Below, piece after piece: positions 23,801 through 33,600 of a stretch of DNA of 64,000 nucleotides. The DNA comes from Macrostomum hystrix (lineage: Eukaryota; Animalia; Platyhelminthes), in assembly GCA_950097015.1 (NCBI GenBank), contig CATNEN010000025.1, positions 3,348,001 through 3,412,000 on the forward strand, read 5' to 3'. A program made the translations under genes and the position numbers. The stretch's first letter is position 1. The number at the start of each line of letters is the position of its first letter. The notes under the pieces are model-generated. The model saw nothing but the letters and a program-made list of their open reading frames with translations, searched no databases and was not told the DNA's origin.

Positions 23801-26298
23801 TGACAGCCACCTCACTCCTCCTGCCTCACACTAGACACTAACACTGACAGCCACCTCACTCCTCCTGCCTCAGACTAGACACTAACACAGACATTTTATT
23901 TCGGATGTTAGCCAGCGTCACACATGGATTTTGTCTCGCACGAACTAGAAAGGACAACAAAAACAATTTTGTAAATTTCCTACTTTGAGCTAAGCTTCAT
24001 AGCAAAGGTAAGCAGGCAGCAGAGTGTGGCACAGAAATAGTCGATTCTGCTTGTCACTTTCCGACACCCGAATAATCCAAGACAACACGAAATTTTGCTG
24101 CGGACATCTTTTTGAAGGCTACAGAGTGCCGCAGCTCAATGCATGTTCTCAGAATTATTTTGCAACCGCGCTCTGACTGTGACTATAAGCAGGCTCCACC
24201 TTGTCTCACTAAGGGATTGAGATGAAAGCGAGCAGGGTGAGATAAATCGCGGGCCCGGAGAGGCTTGAGTTGTCGATTTACTTCGCAATTCTTTTACGTT
24301 GCAGTTTCTAGAATTTTTTTTATCTGTGAAACTAAAGGAGCTACCGAAAATACATATTCGAAATTATCGGTCTACTTAACAGTTTCTGTCAGCTCTCTGT
24401 CAGTCCTTCAGTTCCTGTCAATTCTGTCAGTTCCTGTCAGTTCCTGTCAGTTCCTGTCAGTTCCTGTCAGTTCTCTGTCAGTTCCTGTCAGTTCCTGTCA
24501 GCTCCTTTCAGTTCTCTGTCAGTTCCTGTCAGTTCCTGTCAGCTCCTTTCAGTTCCTGTCAGTTCTCTGTCAGTTCCTGTCAGTTCTCTGTCAGTTCCTG
24601 TCAGTTCCTGTCAGTTCCTGTCAGTTCTCTGTCAGTTCCTGTCAGTTCCTGTCAGTTCTCTGTCAGTTCCTGTCAGTTCCTGTCAGCTCCTTTCAGTTCT
24701 CTGTCAGTTCCTGTCAGTTCCTGTCAGCTCCTTTCAGTTCTGTCAGCCCTGTCAGTTCTCTGTCAGTTCCTGTCAGTTCCTGTCAGTTCTCTGTCAGTTC
24801 CTGTCAGTTCCTGTCAGTTCCTGTCAGTTCTCTGTCAGTTCCTGTCAGTTCCTGTCAGTTCTCTGTCAGTTCCTGTCAGTTCCTGTCAGCTCCTTTCAGT
24901 TCTCTGTCAGTTCCTGTCAGCTCCTTTCAGTTCTCTGTCAGTTCCTGTCAGTTCCTGTCAGCTCCTTTCAGTTCTGTCAGCCCTGTCAGTTCTCTGTCAG
25001 TTCCTGTCAGTTCCTGTCAGTTCTCTGTCAGTTCCTGTCAGTTCCTGTCAGTTCTGTGTCAGTTCCTGTCAGTTCCTGTCAGCTCCTGTCAGTTACTGTC
25101 AGTTCCTGTCAGTTCTCTGTCAGTTCCTGTCAGTTCCGTCAGTTCCGTCTTGTACACAGCTATTTTATCTGTTAAACTGAACTTTAGTGTAGCAATACTT
25201 TTTATCTTAAAGGATCAATGTGTATTATCGACAATAAAGGATTTCTAAGAATTGAAACGTGAGCAAAATTTCCCTATATTGAATATCTTAGATGAAAATT
25301 TCATTACATCAAGACATGGAAACATCACAAGAAAAAAATACGTATACTAAAAATGAAAATTCCGAGAAACAAAATACCCCATGGTGAAACAATCCCTGCA
25401 TTAAATTATCCCAAATACTAGGCACTGAGCACATTTGCCGCAATTTTAAATTGTCCATGCAGGGGTTTTTCGTGTCCCTGTTGTTCTGCTTTGTAAATTC
25501 TGACGTACACAAGGAGCTCAAGCGAAACCTTCTCGAGACCAAACTGGGCCGGTGGCTCAAGCGGAAAGGCTACATTCGGCCTCTGCAGGATGTCTATGGC
25601 CTGGAGCCCGAGACCCGGCGGGCCAATCGGCGAACTCGAGCCAGACCCGACAATGGCAACGGAGTGAGTCACTCACGGACTGCTCACTGAAAGATTTCAG
25701 ATTGGTGATTGGTCACTCTGTTTACTGCCTGGTTAATGATTGGTCACTCTGTTGTTTACTGCCTGGTTAATGATTGGTCATTCTGTTTACTGCCTGGTTA
25801 ATGATTGGTCACTCTGTTTACTGCCTGGTTAATGATTGGTCACTCTATTTACTGCCTGGTTAATGATTGGTCACTCTGTTTACTGCCTGGTTAATGATTG
25901 GTCACTCTGTTTACTGCCTGGTTAATGATTGTTCACTCTATTTACTGCCTGGTTAATGATTGGTCACTCTGTTTACTGCCTGGTTAATGATTGGTCATTC
26001 TGTTTACTGCCTGGTTAATGATTGGTCACTCTATTTACTGCCTGGTTAATGATTGGTCACTCTGTTTACTGCCTGGTTAATGATTGGTCACTCTATTTAC
26101 TGCCTGGTTAATGATTGGTCACTCTATTTACTGCCTGGTTAATGATTGGTCACTCTGTTCACTGCCTGGTTAATGATTTGCCACTGTGTTCACCGCCCGA
26201 TTAATAGCAATAATGCAATTTACACTCATTTTTCACAGGTGGAAGACCCGAATCTACCTCTTAAGACGCAATGCGATGTTGCTGTAACAAACGAGTAA
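8674..26298 (+). CDS. Class B1 (secretin-family) GPCR, PTH-receptor-like, 11 coding exons (whole-gene span)
   Basis: Exons 8674-8828, 9854-10316, 14220-14540, 14790-14881, 15646-15751, 16607-16766, 17924-18057, 19557-19648, 19896-20046, 25463-25663, 26239-26298 join in phase into 1935 nt (644 aa). Motifs: [58 protein letters not shown]; signal peptide and 6-Cys hormone-binding domains. Confidence 0.93.
9175..9787. repeat. 19-20-bp GGGGTGTCAGATA-core minisatellite with a ~198-bp internal duplication
   Basis: Visible units GGGTGTCAGATACGACATGG and GGGGCGGGGTGTCAGATAA; GPCR intron 1. Confidence 0.9.
9854..10316 (+). CDS. GPCR exon 2: hormone-binding ectodomain 1
   Basis: C..CPAVFDGFACWPRTPAG..CP..AWRRCRLDGRW..NYSLC (all six Cys, FD, CW, GxW); CAG| acceptor; donor AGG|GTGAGC phase 0. 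Confidence 0.9.
10425..10990. repeat. 22-bp minisatellite (TGTGAATCAAACAGAGGATCAT)
   Basis: Tandem units directly after exon 2. Confidence 0.95.
11880..12430. repeat. Degenerate 12-bp repeat (TCTCTACCCCAA)
   Basis: Tandem units related to the 1.7-8.5 kb satellite. Confidence 0.85.
12891..13076 (+). CDS. Candidate alternative/leader exon of the GPCR, upstream of ectodomain 2
   Basis: Strong acceptor (GCTAAT branch-like site, TCTTTCTTTGCCTAG|); open phase-0 frame containing ATG 12939 MPSNGTRVNTCHAGSRLLLLLLHLEG; phase 0 donor GGG|GTAGAG compatible with exon 14220. Confidence 0.35.
13300..14150. repeat. 20-bp minisatellite (GAGCACAGTCAGTCGGATTT)
   Basis: About 40 units; a few more copies at 14585-14650 on the other side of exon 3. 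Confidence 0.95.
14220..14540 (+). CDS. GPCR exon 3: hormone-binding ectodomain 2
   Basis: C..[48 protein letters not shown]; phase 0 acceptor (14220 or 14205); donor CTG|GTGAGC phase 0. Confidence 0.93.
14790..14881 (+). CDS. GPCR exon 4 (TM1)
   Basis: QLRVIHSIGHIGYGISLVFLLLAICILAAF; CAG| acceptor and |GTGAGC donor; absent from the ORF track. Confidence 0.92.
14990..15585. repeat. 14-bp minisatellite (GGTCATGGAATATT)
   Basis: Tandem units; explains ORFs 15137-15614. Confidence 0.95.
15646..15751 (+). CDS. GPCR exon 5 (ICL1-TM2)
   Basis: [36 protein letters not shown]; phase 2 to phase 0. Confidence 0.93.
15870..16560. repeat. 16-bp minisatellite (TCTCCCCTGTCTTATC)
   Basis: Tandem pyrimidine-rich units. 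Confidence 0.93.
16607..16766 (+). CDS. GPCR exon 6 (TM3-TM4 start)
   Basis: [42 protein letters not shown] acceptor (16604/16607); donor G|GTAAGT. Confidence 0.92.
16783..16845 (-). mobile_element. Fragment of the tRNA-derived SINE
   Basis: Shares CACAGGTGTGT..ACATC and CAGTGTACACTCTCACTGTGCCTT with the copy at 59317-59603. Confidence 0.6.
17230..17870. repeat. Polypyrimidine (CTCTCCT)n tract
   Basis: Nearly pure C/T; gives the artefactual EERG ORF. Confidence 0.95.
17924..18057 (+). CDS. GPCR exon 7 (TM4-ECL2-TM5)
   Basis: GAPCLFTGIWVALRLRLDNRECWRKYMPMGADIWLLNVYLCLLVF; donor |GTAAGT. Confidence 0.92.
18640..19175. repeat. 20-bp minisatellite (GATAAGCAGTGACACTGTGA)
   Basis: Tandem units. 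Confidence 0.95.
19557..19648 (+). CDS. GPCR exon 8 (TM5 end-ICL3)
   Basis: VNAGLFARIVRELFVKMRNQPRTSAASQNY; polypyrimidine acceptor CTCCAG|; donor AG|GTGAGA. Confidence 0.92.
19700..19832. repeat. 12-bp repeat (GATAAACTGTGA)
   Basis: Short tandem array in the intron between exons 8 and 9. Confidence 0.85.
19896..20046 (+). CDS. GPCR exon 9 (TM6-ECL3-TM7 start)
   Basis: [37 protein letters not shown]; donor CAG|GTAAGT. Confidence 0.93.
20105..23892. repeat. 44-bp minisatellite (GACAGCCACCTCACTCCTCCTGCCTCACACTAGACACTAACACT), ~86 copies
   Basis: Highly homogeneous 3.8-kb array in the intron between exons 9 and 10. Confidence 0.98.
24385..25147. repeat. ~10-bp minisatellite (CTGTCAGTTC)
   Basis: Tandem units; explains ORF 24265..25248. 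Confidence 0.95.
25463..25663 (+). CDS. GPCR exon 10 (TM7-helix 8-tail)
   Basis: [21 protein letters not shown]..DNGNG; donor |GTGAGT phase 0. Confidence 0.93.
25703..26185. repeat. 31-bp minisatellite (GATTGGTCACTCTGTTTACTGCCTGGTTAAT)
   Basis: About 15 units filling the last GPCR intron. Confidence 0.95.
26239..26298 (+). CDS. GPCR probable last coding exon
   Basis: TTTTTCACAG| VEDPNLPLKTQCDVAVTNE* in phase 0; GA|GTAAGC at the stop could alternatively be a donor. Confidence 0.65.
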   Translation: MEDPNLPLKTQCDVAVTNE

Positions 26299-26584
26299 GC
26301 AAGTGTAGTTTGAATAATCTGACAGCAATTGTTTTCAGACACTCAGAATTTCTCGATTTCTTTACAATAACGCACGCGTTTCGGAAAGTTTGTATACAAC
26401 TGCACATTTCTGAAATATGCATATCTTAATTGTTCAAGGACCTATATCACTCCGCTTTGAATCCAGTACATTGATAGACATCACTAATTTCTTTGTTATT
26501 GAAGAATGTTAATTTTTATCTCTCTCAGCCACACTCCAAGCCGATGAAAGGCTGCCAATCACTCAATTTCACAGTAAAATTCTC

Positions 26585-27020
26585 GATAATACAGCCACCT
26601 CACTTGTCGCGGAATGGGCGACACTCGCCACCACGCTGCGTCTTCGGACCGCCCTGTGGATAAGTCAGTCACCTCACTCACAGCGCAGGGAAAACCCTCA
26701 CATAGACAGCCATCTCATTCCGCGTAGAGAAAACCTCGCAAAGACAACCACCTCACTCCCGCGAAGAGAAAACCTTTATGCAGACAACCACCTCACTCCC
26801 GCGCAGGGAAAACCATCGTATAGACAGCCACCTCGCTCCCGCGCAGAGAAAACCTTCATACAGACAGCCACCCCACTCCGGCGAAAAAACCTTCAATCAG
26901 ACAACCACCTCACTCCCGCGCAGAGAAAACCTTCATACAGACAGCCAACTCACTCCCGCGCAGAGAAAACCTTCATACAGACAGCCAACTCACTCCCGCG
27001 CAGAGAAAACCCCAGCATAG
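26585..27020. repeat. Degenerate ~40-bp repeat (CAGACAGCCACCTCACTCCCGCGCAGAGAAAACCTTCATA)
   Basis: About 9 diverged units downstream of the GPCR stop. Confidence 0.85.
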
Positions 27021-27771
27021 ATAATCAATGTTGCAATCTTTATGAATTAAATCTTTAACATTCATCATGTCCTCTAACTAACTGAACCAGTTTTGTGAAC
27101 TCTTGAAGATTTTTGTCATGAAAAGGACAAAGATTTCGGCGGAATTGGCACACTTAACTTTATTATAATCACATTCGCTTATAAAACTGTTTGAGCTCTT
27201 AGCACGAAGAGTATGCCAGCTGCACCTGTTAATCTTTTTCCTGAACTCTCATTACACTTGCCGCTAATTGCTTGAAGAATTGCATGCCGCACTTTTACCT
27301 GCCGGCGATTGACGTCTAACCTGCTAATCTTTTCATTATTTTGCTTTTGCAACCAGAAATCAGCGCCTCCGGCCTTTAAATACCAAACAGAGAAATTCCT
27401 TCGCATGGCAGTTGATTTAGTGCATTTTCACTGGACTACGAATGACGGAAACTACGAAAAAAAAACACTTTTTCCACGTGATTGTTTCTGTTTTACTTAA
27501 CGGATGAGTTGGAAAGCCCGATATTTAACCCACCAATTGCCGCTATGCTTCAGTGATTCTGTGTTAAATAAATGCAAAAATACACTGTTTGCAAACTATT
27601 CTTTTAATGAAAAACAGTTATGTAGTTGCTTGCGATCCTACACAAAGTATCCATGGTCTACTATGGGCTATTTGTCAGACAATCGAGCAGCCAATTCGGG
27701 ATAAGAATTTAACAGTACAAGGGAAAGAAAATTTAATCGAGAGATTGAGCCAGTGGGAGAGTATATTTCGA

Positions 27772-29782
27772 CAAGAGGAGAGTAGATGGGGTAGAGTGAG
27801 ACAAGAGGAGAGTAGATGGGGTAGATTAATACAAGAGAAGAGTAGATGGGGTAGAGTGAGACAAGAGGAGAGTAGATGGGGTAGATTGAGACAAGGGGAG
27901 AGTAGATGGGGTAGAGTGAGACAAGGGGAGAGTAGATGGGGTAGAGTGAGACAAGAGGAGAGTAGATGGGGTAGAGTGAGACAAGGGGAGAGTAGATGGG
28001 GTAGATTGAGACAAGGGGAGAGTAGATGGGTTAGATTGAGACACGGGGAGAGTTGATGGGGTAGATTGAGACAAGGGGAGAGTAGATGGGGTAGATTGAG
28101 ACAAGGGGAGAGTAGATGGGGTAGAGTGAGACAAGGGGAGAGTAGATGGGGTAGATTGAGACAAGGGGAGAGTAGATGGGGTAGAGTGAGACAAGGGGAG
28201 AGTAGATGGGTAGAGTGAGACAAGGGGAGAGTAGATGGGTAGAGTGAGACAAAGGGAGAGTAGATGGGGTAGAGTGAGACAAGGAGAGAGTAGATGGGCT
28301 AGAGTGAGACAAAGGGAGAGTAGATGGGGTAGAGTGAGACAAAGGGAGAGTAGATGGGGTAGAGTGAGACAAAGGGAGAGTAGATGGGGTAGAGTGAGAC
28401 AAAGGGAGAGTAGATGGGGTAGATTGAGACAAAGGGAGAGTAGATGGGGTAGATTGAGACAAAGGGAGAGTAGATGGGGTAGATTGAGACAAAGGGAGAG
28501 TAGATGGGGTAGAGTGAGACAAGGGGAGAGTAGATGGGGTAGAGTGAGACAAAGGGAGAGTAGATGGGGTAGAGTGAGACAAAGGGAGAGTAGATGGGGT
28601 AGAGTGAGACAAAGGGAGAGTAGATGGGGTAGAGTGAGACAAGGAGAGAGTAGATGGGGTAGAGTGAGACAAAGGGAGAGTAGATGGGGTAGAGTGAGAC
28701 AAAGGGAGAGTAGATGGGGTAGAGTGAGACAAAGGGAGAGTAGATGGGGTAGATTGAGACAAAGGGAGAGTAGATGGGGTAGATTGAGACAAAGGGAGAG
28801 TAGATGGGGTAGAGTGAGACAAAGGGAGAGTAGATGGGGTAGAGTGAGACAAAGGGAGAGTAGATGGGGTAGAGTGAGACAAAGGGGGAGTAGATGGGGT
28901 AGATTGAGACAAAGGGAGAGTAGATGGGGTAGATTGAGACAAAGGGAGAGTAGATGGGGTAGATTGAGACAAAGGGAGAGTAGATGGGGTAGAGTGAGAC
29001 AAAGCGAGAGTAGATGGGGTAGAGTGAGACAAAGGGAGAGTAGATGGGGTAGAGTGAGACAAAGGGAGAGTAGATGGGGTAGAGTGAGACAAAGGGAGAG
29101 TAGATGGGGTAGAGTGAGACAAGGAGAGAGTAGATGGGGGAGAGTGAGACAAGGGGAGAGTAGATGGGGTAGAGTGAGGCAAAGGGAGAGTAGATGGGGT
29201 AGAGTGAGACAAAGGGAGAGTAGATGGGGTAGAGTAAGACAAAGGGAGAGTAGATGGGGTAGAGTGAGACAAAGGGAGAGTAGATGGGGTAGAGTGAGAC
29301 AAAGGGAGAGTAGATGGGGTAGATTGAGACAAAGGGAGAGTAGATGGGGTAGAGTGAGACAAAGGGAGAGTAGATGGGGTAGAGTGAGACAAAGGGAGAG
29401 TAGATGGGGTAGAGTGAGACAAAGGGAGAGTAGATGGGGTAGAGTGAGACAAAGGGAGAGTAGATGGGGTAGAGTGAGACAAAGGGAGAGTAGATGGGGT
29501 AGATTGAGACAAAGGGAGAGTAGATGGGGTAGAGTGAGACAAAGGGAGAGTAGATGGGGTAGAGTGAGACAAAGGGAGAGTAGATGGGGTAGAGTGAGGC
29601 AAAGGGAGAGTAGATGGGGTAGAGTGAGACAAAGGGAGAGTAGATGGGGTAGAGTGAGACAAAGGGAGAGTAGATGGGGTAGAGTGAGACAAGGGGAGAG
29701 TAGATGGGGTAGAGTGAGACAAAGGGAGAGTAGATGGGGTAGAGTGAGACAAGGGGAGAGTAGATTGGGTAGAGTGAGACAA
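27772..29782. repeat. 30-bp minisatellite (GAGAGTAGATGGGGTAGAGTGAGACAAAGG), ~67 copies
   Basis: Tandem array; explains the 521/616/674-aa ORFs. Confidence 0.98.
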
Positions 29783-30645
29783 GCTATTCCAGTATTGTAA
29801 ATTACAAAATTGCAGCCCAAATAAAAGAAGCAGGGGAATGACGAGACCACAGTTATTGTTTGACAAGGCCAGTGAGAACACTGTTATTAATGGTTTGTTT
29901 TATTTCTATGAAAGTTTTCTCAGTTGATCTATAGTTTGAAAGTGACAGTGAGAACACTGTTTTTTATGGTTTGTTTTATTTCTTATAAAGTTTTCTCTTC
30001 AAAGACACGGAAAAAAGATTACTAAGGCTCGACAAGCAAGTTTTAAAACTTTGTTGGATTCAGTTACTGAGCCAAGTGCTCATTCTCACAAGAGTAAGTA
30101 GTTAAGCTTTTCAGCATTGTACATGTTCCAGAGTAGTAGCAGCGCAGGAAAATCAAAATGTTTTTAAAATGATAAACTATAGAGGCCGTAAGTAAATAAA
30201 GTTTGTTAATTCGCAGTGCGGATCAGGTCAAGCTCGCCAGCAGTTGCAGATTTAGGTCGAGTCGAATCTGGGCATCCGCAATCGCCTGAAGTGTGGCGTA
30301 GTTTTCATTGGATGCAAATTTAACAGATTCATCCAAACCTTTATCAGTAAGCTGCATTATCTAGGCTTGCATTCTCAATATGAAATAACACTAAATAGAT
30401 TGGTATAGATTTCTATGCAGATTAAATGGCTACAACTACGAGTATCATTTCTAGGGTGTATTAGCTACTGTTGATTGACAGCTTCATTTAGCAACTGATT
30501 ATCAGTGCCTAGTCAGGATTTGATAGCTAAAATCTCATAATTTTACACACAAAGTCGTGTTAGATAATTATAGACTATACCTCAACATCAAAGGCCTAAA
30601 AACTATGATGGAGCTTTGATGTTGTTCTGGATTTGAAATCTTGAC

Positions 30646-33600
30646 TCACGAATATTTATTAAAACTGCCAAATAACTGCTTTATGGCATCGAAATCCACG
30701 GAATCTATTTTGCCACTCGAGTTCTTATTGCTGCTGCTGTTGCTAGTGCCGCTGCTGCTGCTGCTGCTTATGTCGCTATCATCAGCGTTTGAAGTTAGGC
30801 CCGCTGCATGGTGGTTTAAATTCCTCTGTCGACCGTCGGGGAGACCCACAGAAGTGCAGCAAACACACACGACCTTGTTACCTAGGCAATCAGTAGGTGG
30901 TTGTTTAAGACTTTACACAGGTAGATGGGTGTTACAGCCAATTTGCACAGGTAGATGAGTGGTACAGATTGATGGGTGGTACAGACACTGTACACTGGTA
31001 GATGGGTGTTACAGACACTGTACACAGGTAGATGGGTGGTACAGACACTGTACACAGGTAGATGAGTGGTACAGACACTGTACACAGGTAGATGAGTGGT
31101 ACAGACACTGTACACAGGTAGATTAGTGTTAGAGATACTGTACACTGGTAGATGGGTGTTACAGACACTGTACACTGATAGATGAGTGGTACAGACACTG
31201 TACACAGGTAGATGGGTGTTACAGACACTGTACACAGGTAGATGGGTGGTACAGAGACTGTTCACTGGTAGAAGGGTTTAGCGGGTATTAGCAATGTTAC
31301 CTGTTACTTGATTGGGGATAAACAGCAGCTCAAGGAAATTGTATTCCTAGAACTTAGTTTAATCACAGACAGGAAAGCTAAAACAAATTTTTCCTTGGAT
31401 TTGTCCGTCCAAGCTAATAGAATACAGCAAGCGGGGTTCAACAAGGGACTTGTCCGTCAGAAAGGATCTTGAATTTCCGGGTGGACACGAGAGTCTAATT
31501 TTGCAGTTGCTCTAGGCAACAGAAAATTGTGGGAAATCTGCACAGACGACAGAGGAAATGAGAGCGACATCCATGAGGCAGTTGTACGACCCGTGGACTC
31601 AGTTTTATTTAGCGGAACCCTATTTCTAATATGCATTTTTGCAACTTGGGACGTTCATAAATGATATAGCAAACTAAACTTTTTAACGTGGAAAAGTGAC
31701 TTTACACTTAAACTTCTAAGAGTACAATGAAGGGATATGGAGTACAGTATCGGCAGTACCGGCGTATCGGACTGCCAATCTCTGATGAGTATTTCTCACA
31801 GCCTACTTTCGTCCATCTGTGACCTTGAAGCTGCACCTCACTCCACGAATGACCTTGAGGTAATCCCACTCCAGCGTGCCTAGTATGAACCAGAATTAGT
31901 ATTGTAGCGACATCTTTTGTGACCGTTAAAATTTAATTGAAGCGAACTTGCTCCCAAGCTTGACATATATTCACAAAACTTGGAAATACATGGCAGCACA
32001 ATCACTCCACACATGACAAGCTATCTCACTTTACATTAGGTACGACCTTGACACATCACTGACTAGACCTTGAAACTAAACTCAATCCACGCTTGACCTT
32101 GAAACCAACCTCACTCAACGGTTGACTTTGAAACCAACCTCACTCCAGGGTGGACTTTGAAACCAACCTCACTCCAGGGTTGACTTTGAAACCAACCTCA
32201 CTCCAGGGTTGACTTTGAAACCAACCTCACTCCAGGGTGGACTTTGAAACCAACCTCACTCCAGGGTTGACCTTGAAACCAACCTCACTCAACGGTTGAC
32301 TTTGAAACCAACCTCACTCCAGGGTGGACTTTGAAACCAACCTCACTCCAGGGTTGACTTTGAAACCAACCTCACTCCAGGGTTGACTTTGAAACCAACC
32401 TCACTCCAGGGTTGACTTCGAAACCAACCTCACTCCACGCTTGACCTTGAAACTAACCTCACTGCCACGGTTGACTTTGAAACCAACCTCACTCCACGGT
32501 TGACTTTGAAACCAACCTCACTCCATGCGTGACCTAAAGCTATCCCTTCCGATCCCCCCTGCAATCTAAAAGCGGAATTGAAATTATCTCCATCCCAGTG
32601 TGACTTTGAGCTTTGGTGCAATTACACTCTAAGACAAATTTCGATAATATTACGACCCATCTGAGCAACATTTTTCAACGAGCAATTAACTCACTGAGCA
32701 CTGGGACAGTAGCAGCCAAATTGTTATCATCCGATTCGCCAAGCTCAAACCGCTCGGTCAGGCTGTCCTCCAACAGATCCGCTCGGGCCACCCCCCCAGC
32801 ATCCAAGCCGTGGGCAGTACAACGGCTGGCTTGGTTGACCTTTTCCTCGGAGGCTTCGACGCGAAAATCGCTGATGTCGCTGGACACGCAGCTACGCTGA
32901 AGAAGCTGGCTGTAGCAGGATGCTTTTCTTTTTGAGGAGCCATCAGCTGAGTTGTTGACTGGCATGCTCGATCGCTCCAGCCTGTCTGCTTCAGTCGGTT
33001 TTGAAACAGGAATTCGAAATTTCGCTTTTCAAATTATCATTCTTGAACAGTTTGCAGCCCGAGGGAGATCTAAGCCCTAGTTATTATCGGAATTCTGACA
33101 AAGGAGTTGGGAGTCTGAGCACAAGGAAAACAAGTTGAGTACTTAGGCAGGAAACTTAATTCCCTTCTTCGTTGTGCTTCAGTTCAGTGAAATCGGTACC
33201 CACTTCAGATGGGGGAAGAATTTCGGTGGGTTTGGCGGCCTCTCCCAATCGACTGAACAATAAATGCGACTGTGCCACTCTGGCTGTACATCCGGACCAA
33301 CTGGGATCTACGTCAGAGAATGATTCAAGGTCAAAGGCCAAGGATAGCGAATGATGCAAGGTCAAAGACAGAGGTTAGCGAATGATGCAAGGTCAAAGAC
33401 AGAGGTTAGCGAATGATTCAAGGTCAAAGACAGAGGTTAGCGAATGATTCAACGTCAAAGACAGAGGTTAGCGAATGATTCAACGTCAAAGACAGAGGTT
33501 AGCGAATGATTCAAGGTCAAAGGCCAAGGATAGCGAATGATTCAAGGTCAAAGACAGAGGTTAGCGAATGATTCAAGGTCAAAGGCCAAGGATAGCGAAT

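Noticed and set aside
20105-23892. Possible CRISPR array (also the 29-31-bp arrays)
   Set aside because: Head-to-tail units without unique spacers, no cas genes, eukaryotic context
15137-25248. ORFs in GPCR introns (MEYWSW, SPLS, EERG, SLLISQ, SSCQF)
   Set aside because: All derive from intronic minisatellites
27675-29881. 521-, 616- and 674-aa ORFs (RQRESRWG, SHSTPSTLPL, CLTLPHLLSL)
   Set aside because: Several frames of a 30-bp array are open at once; not evidence of an RS-rich or mucin-like protein
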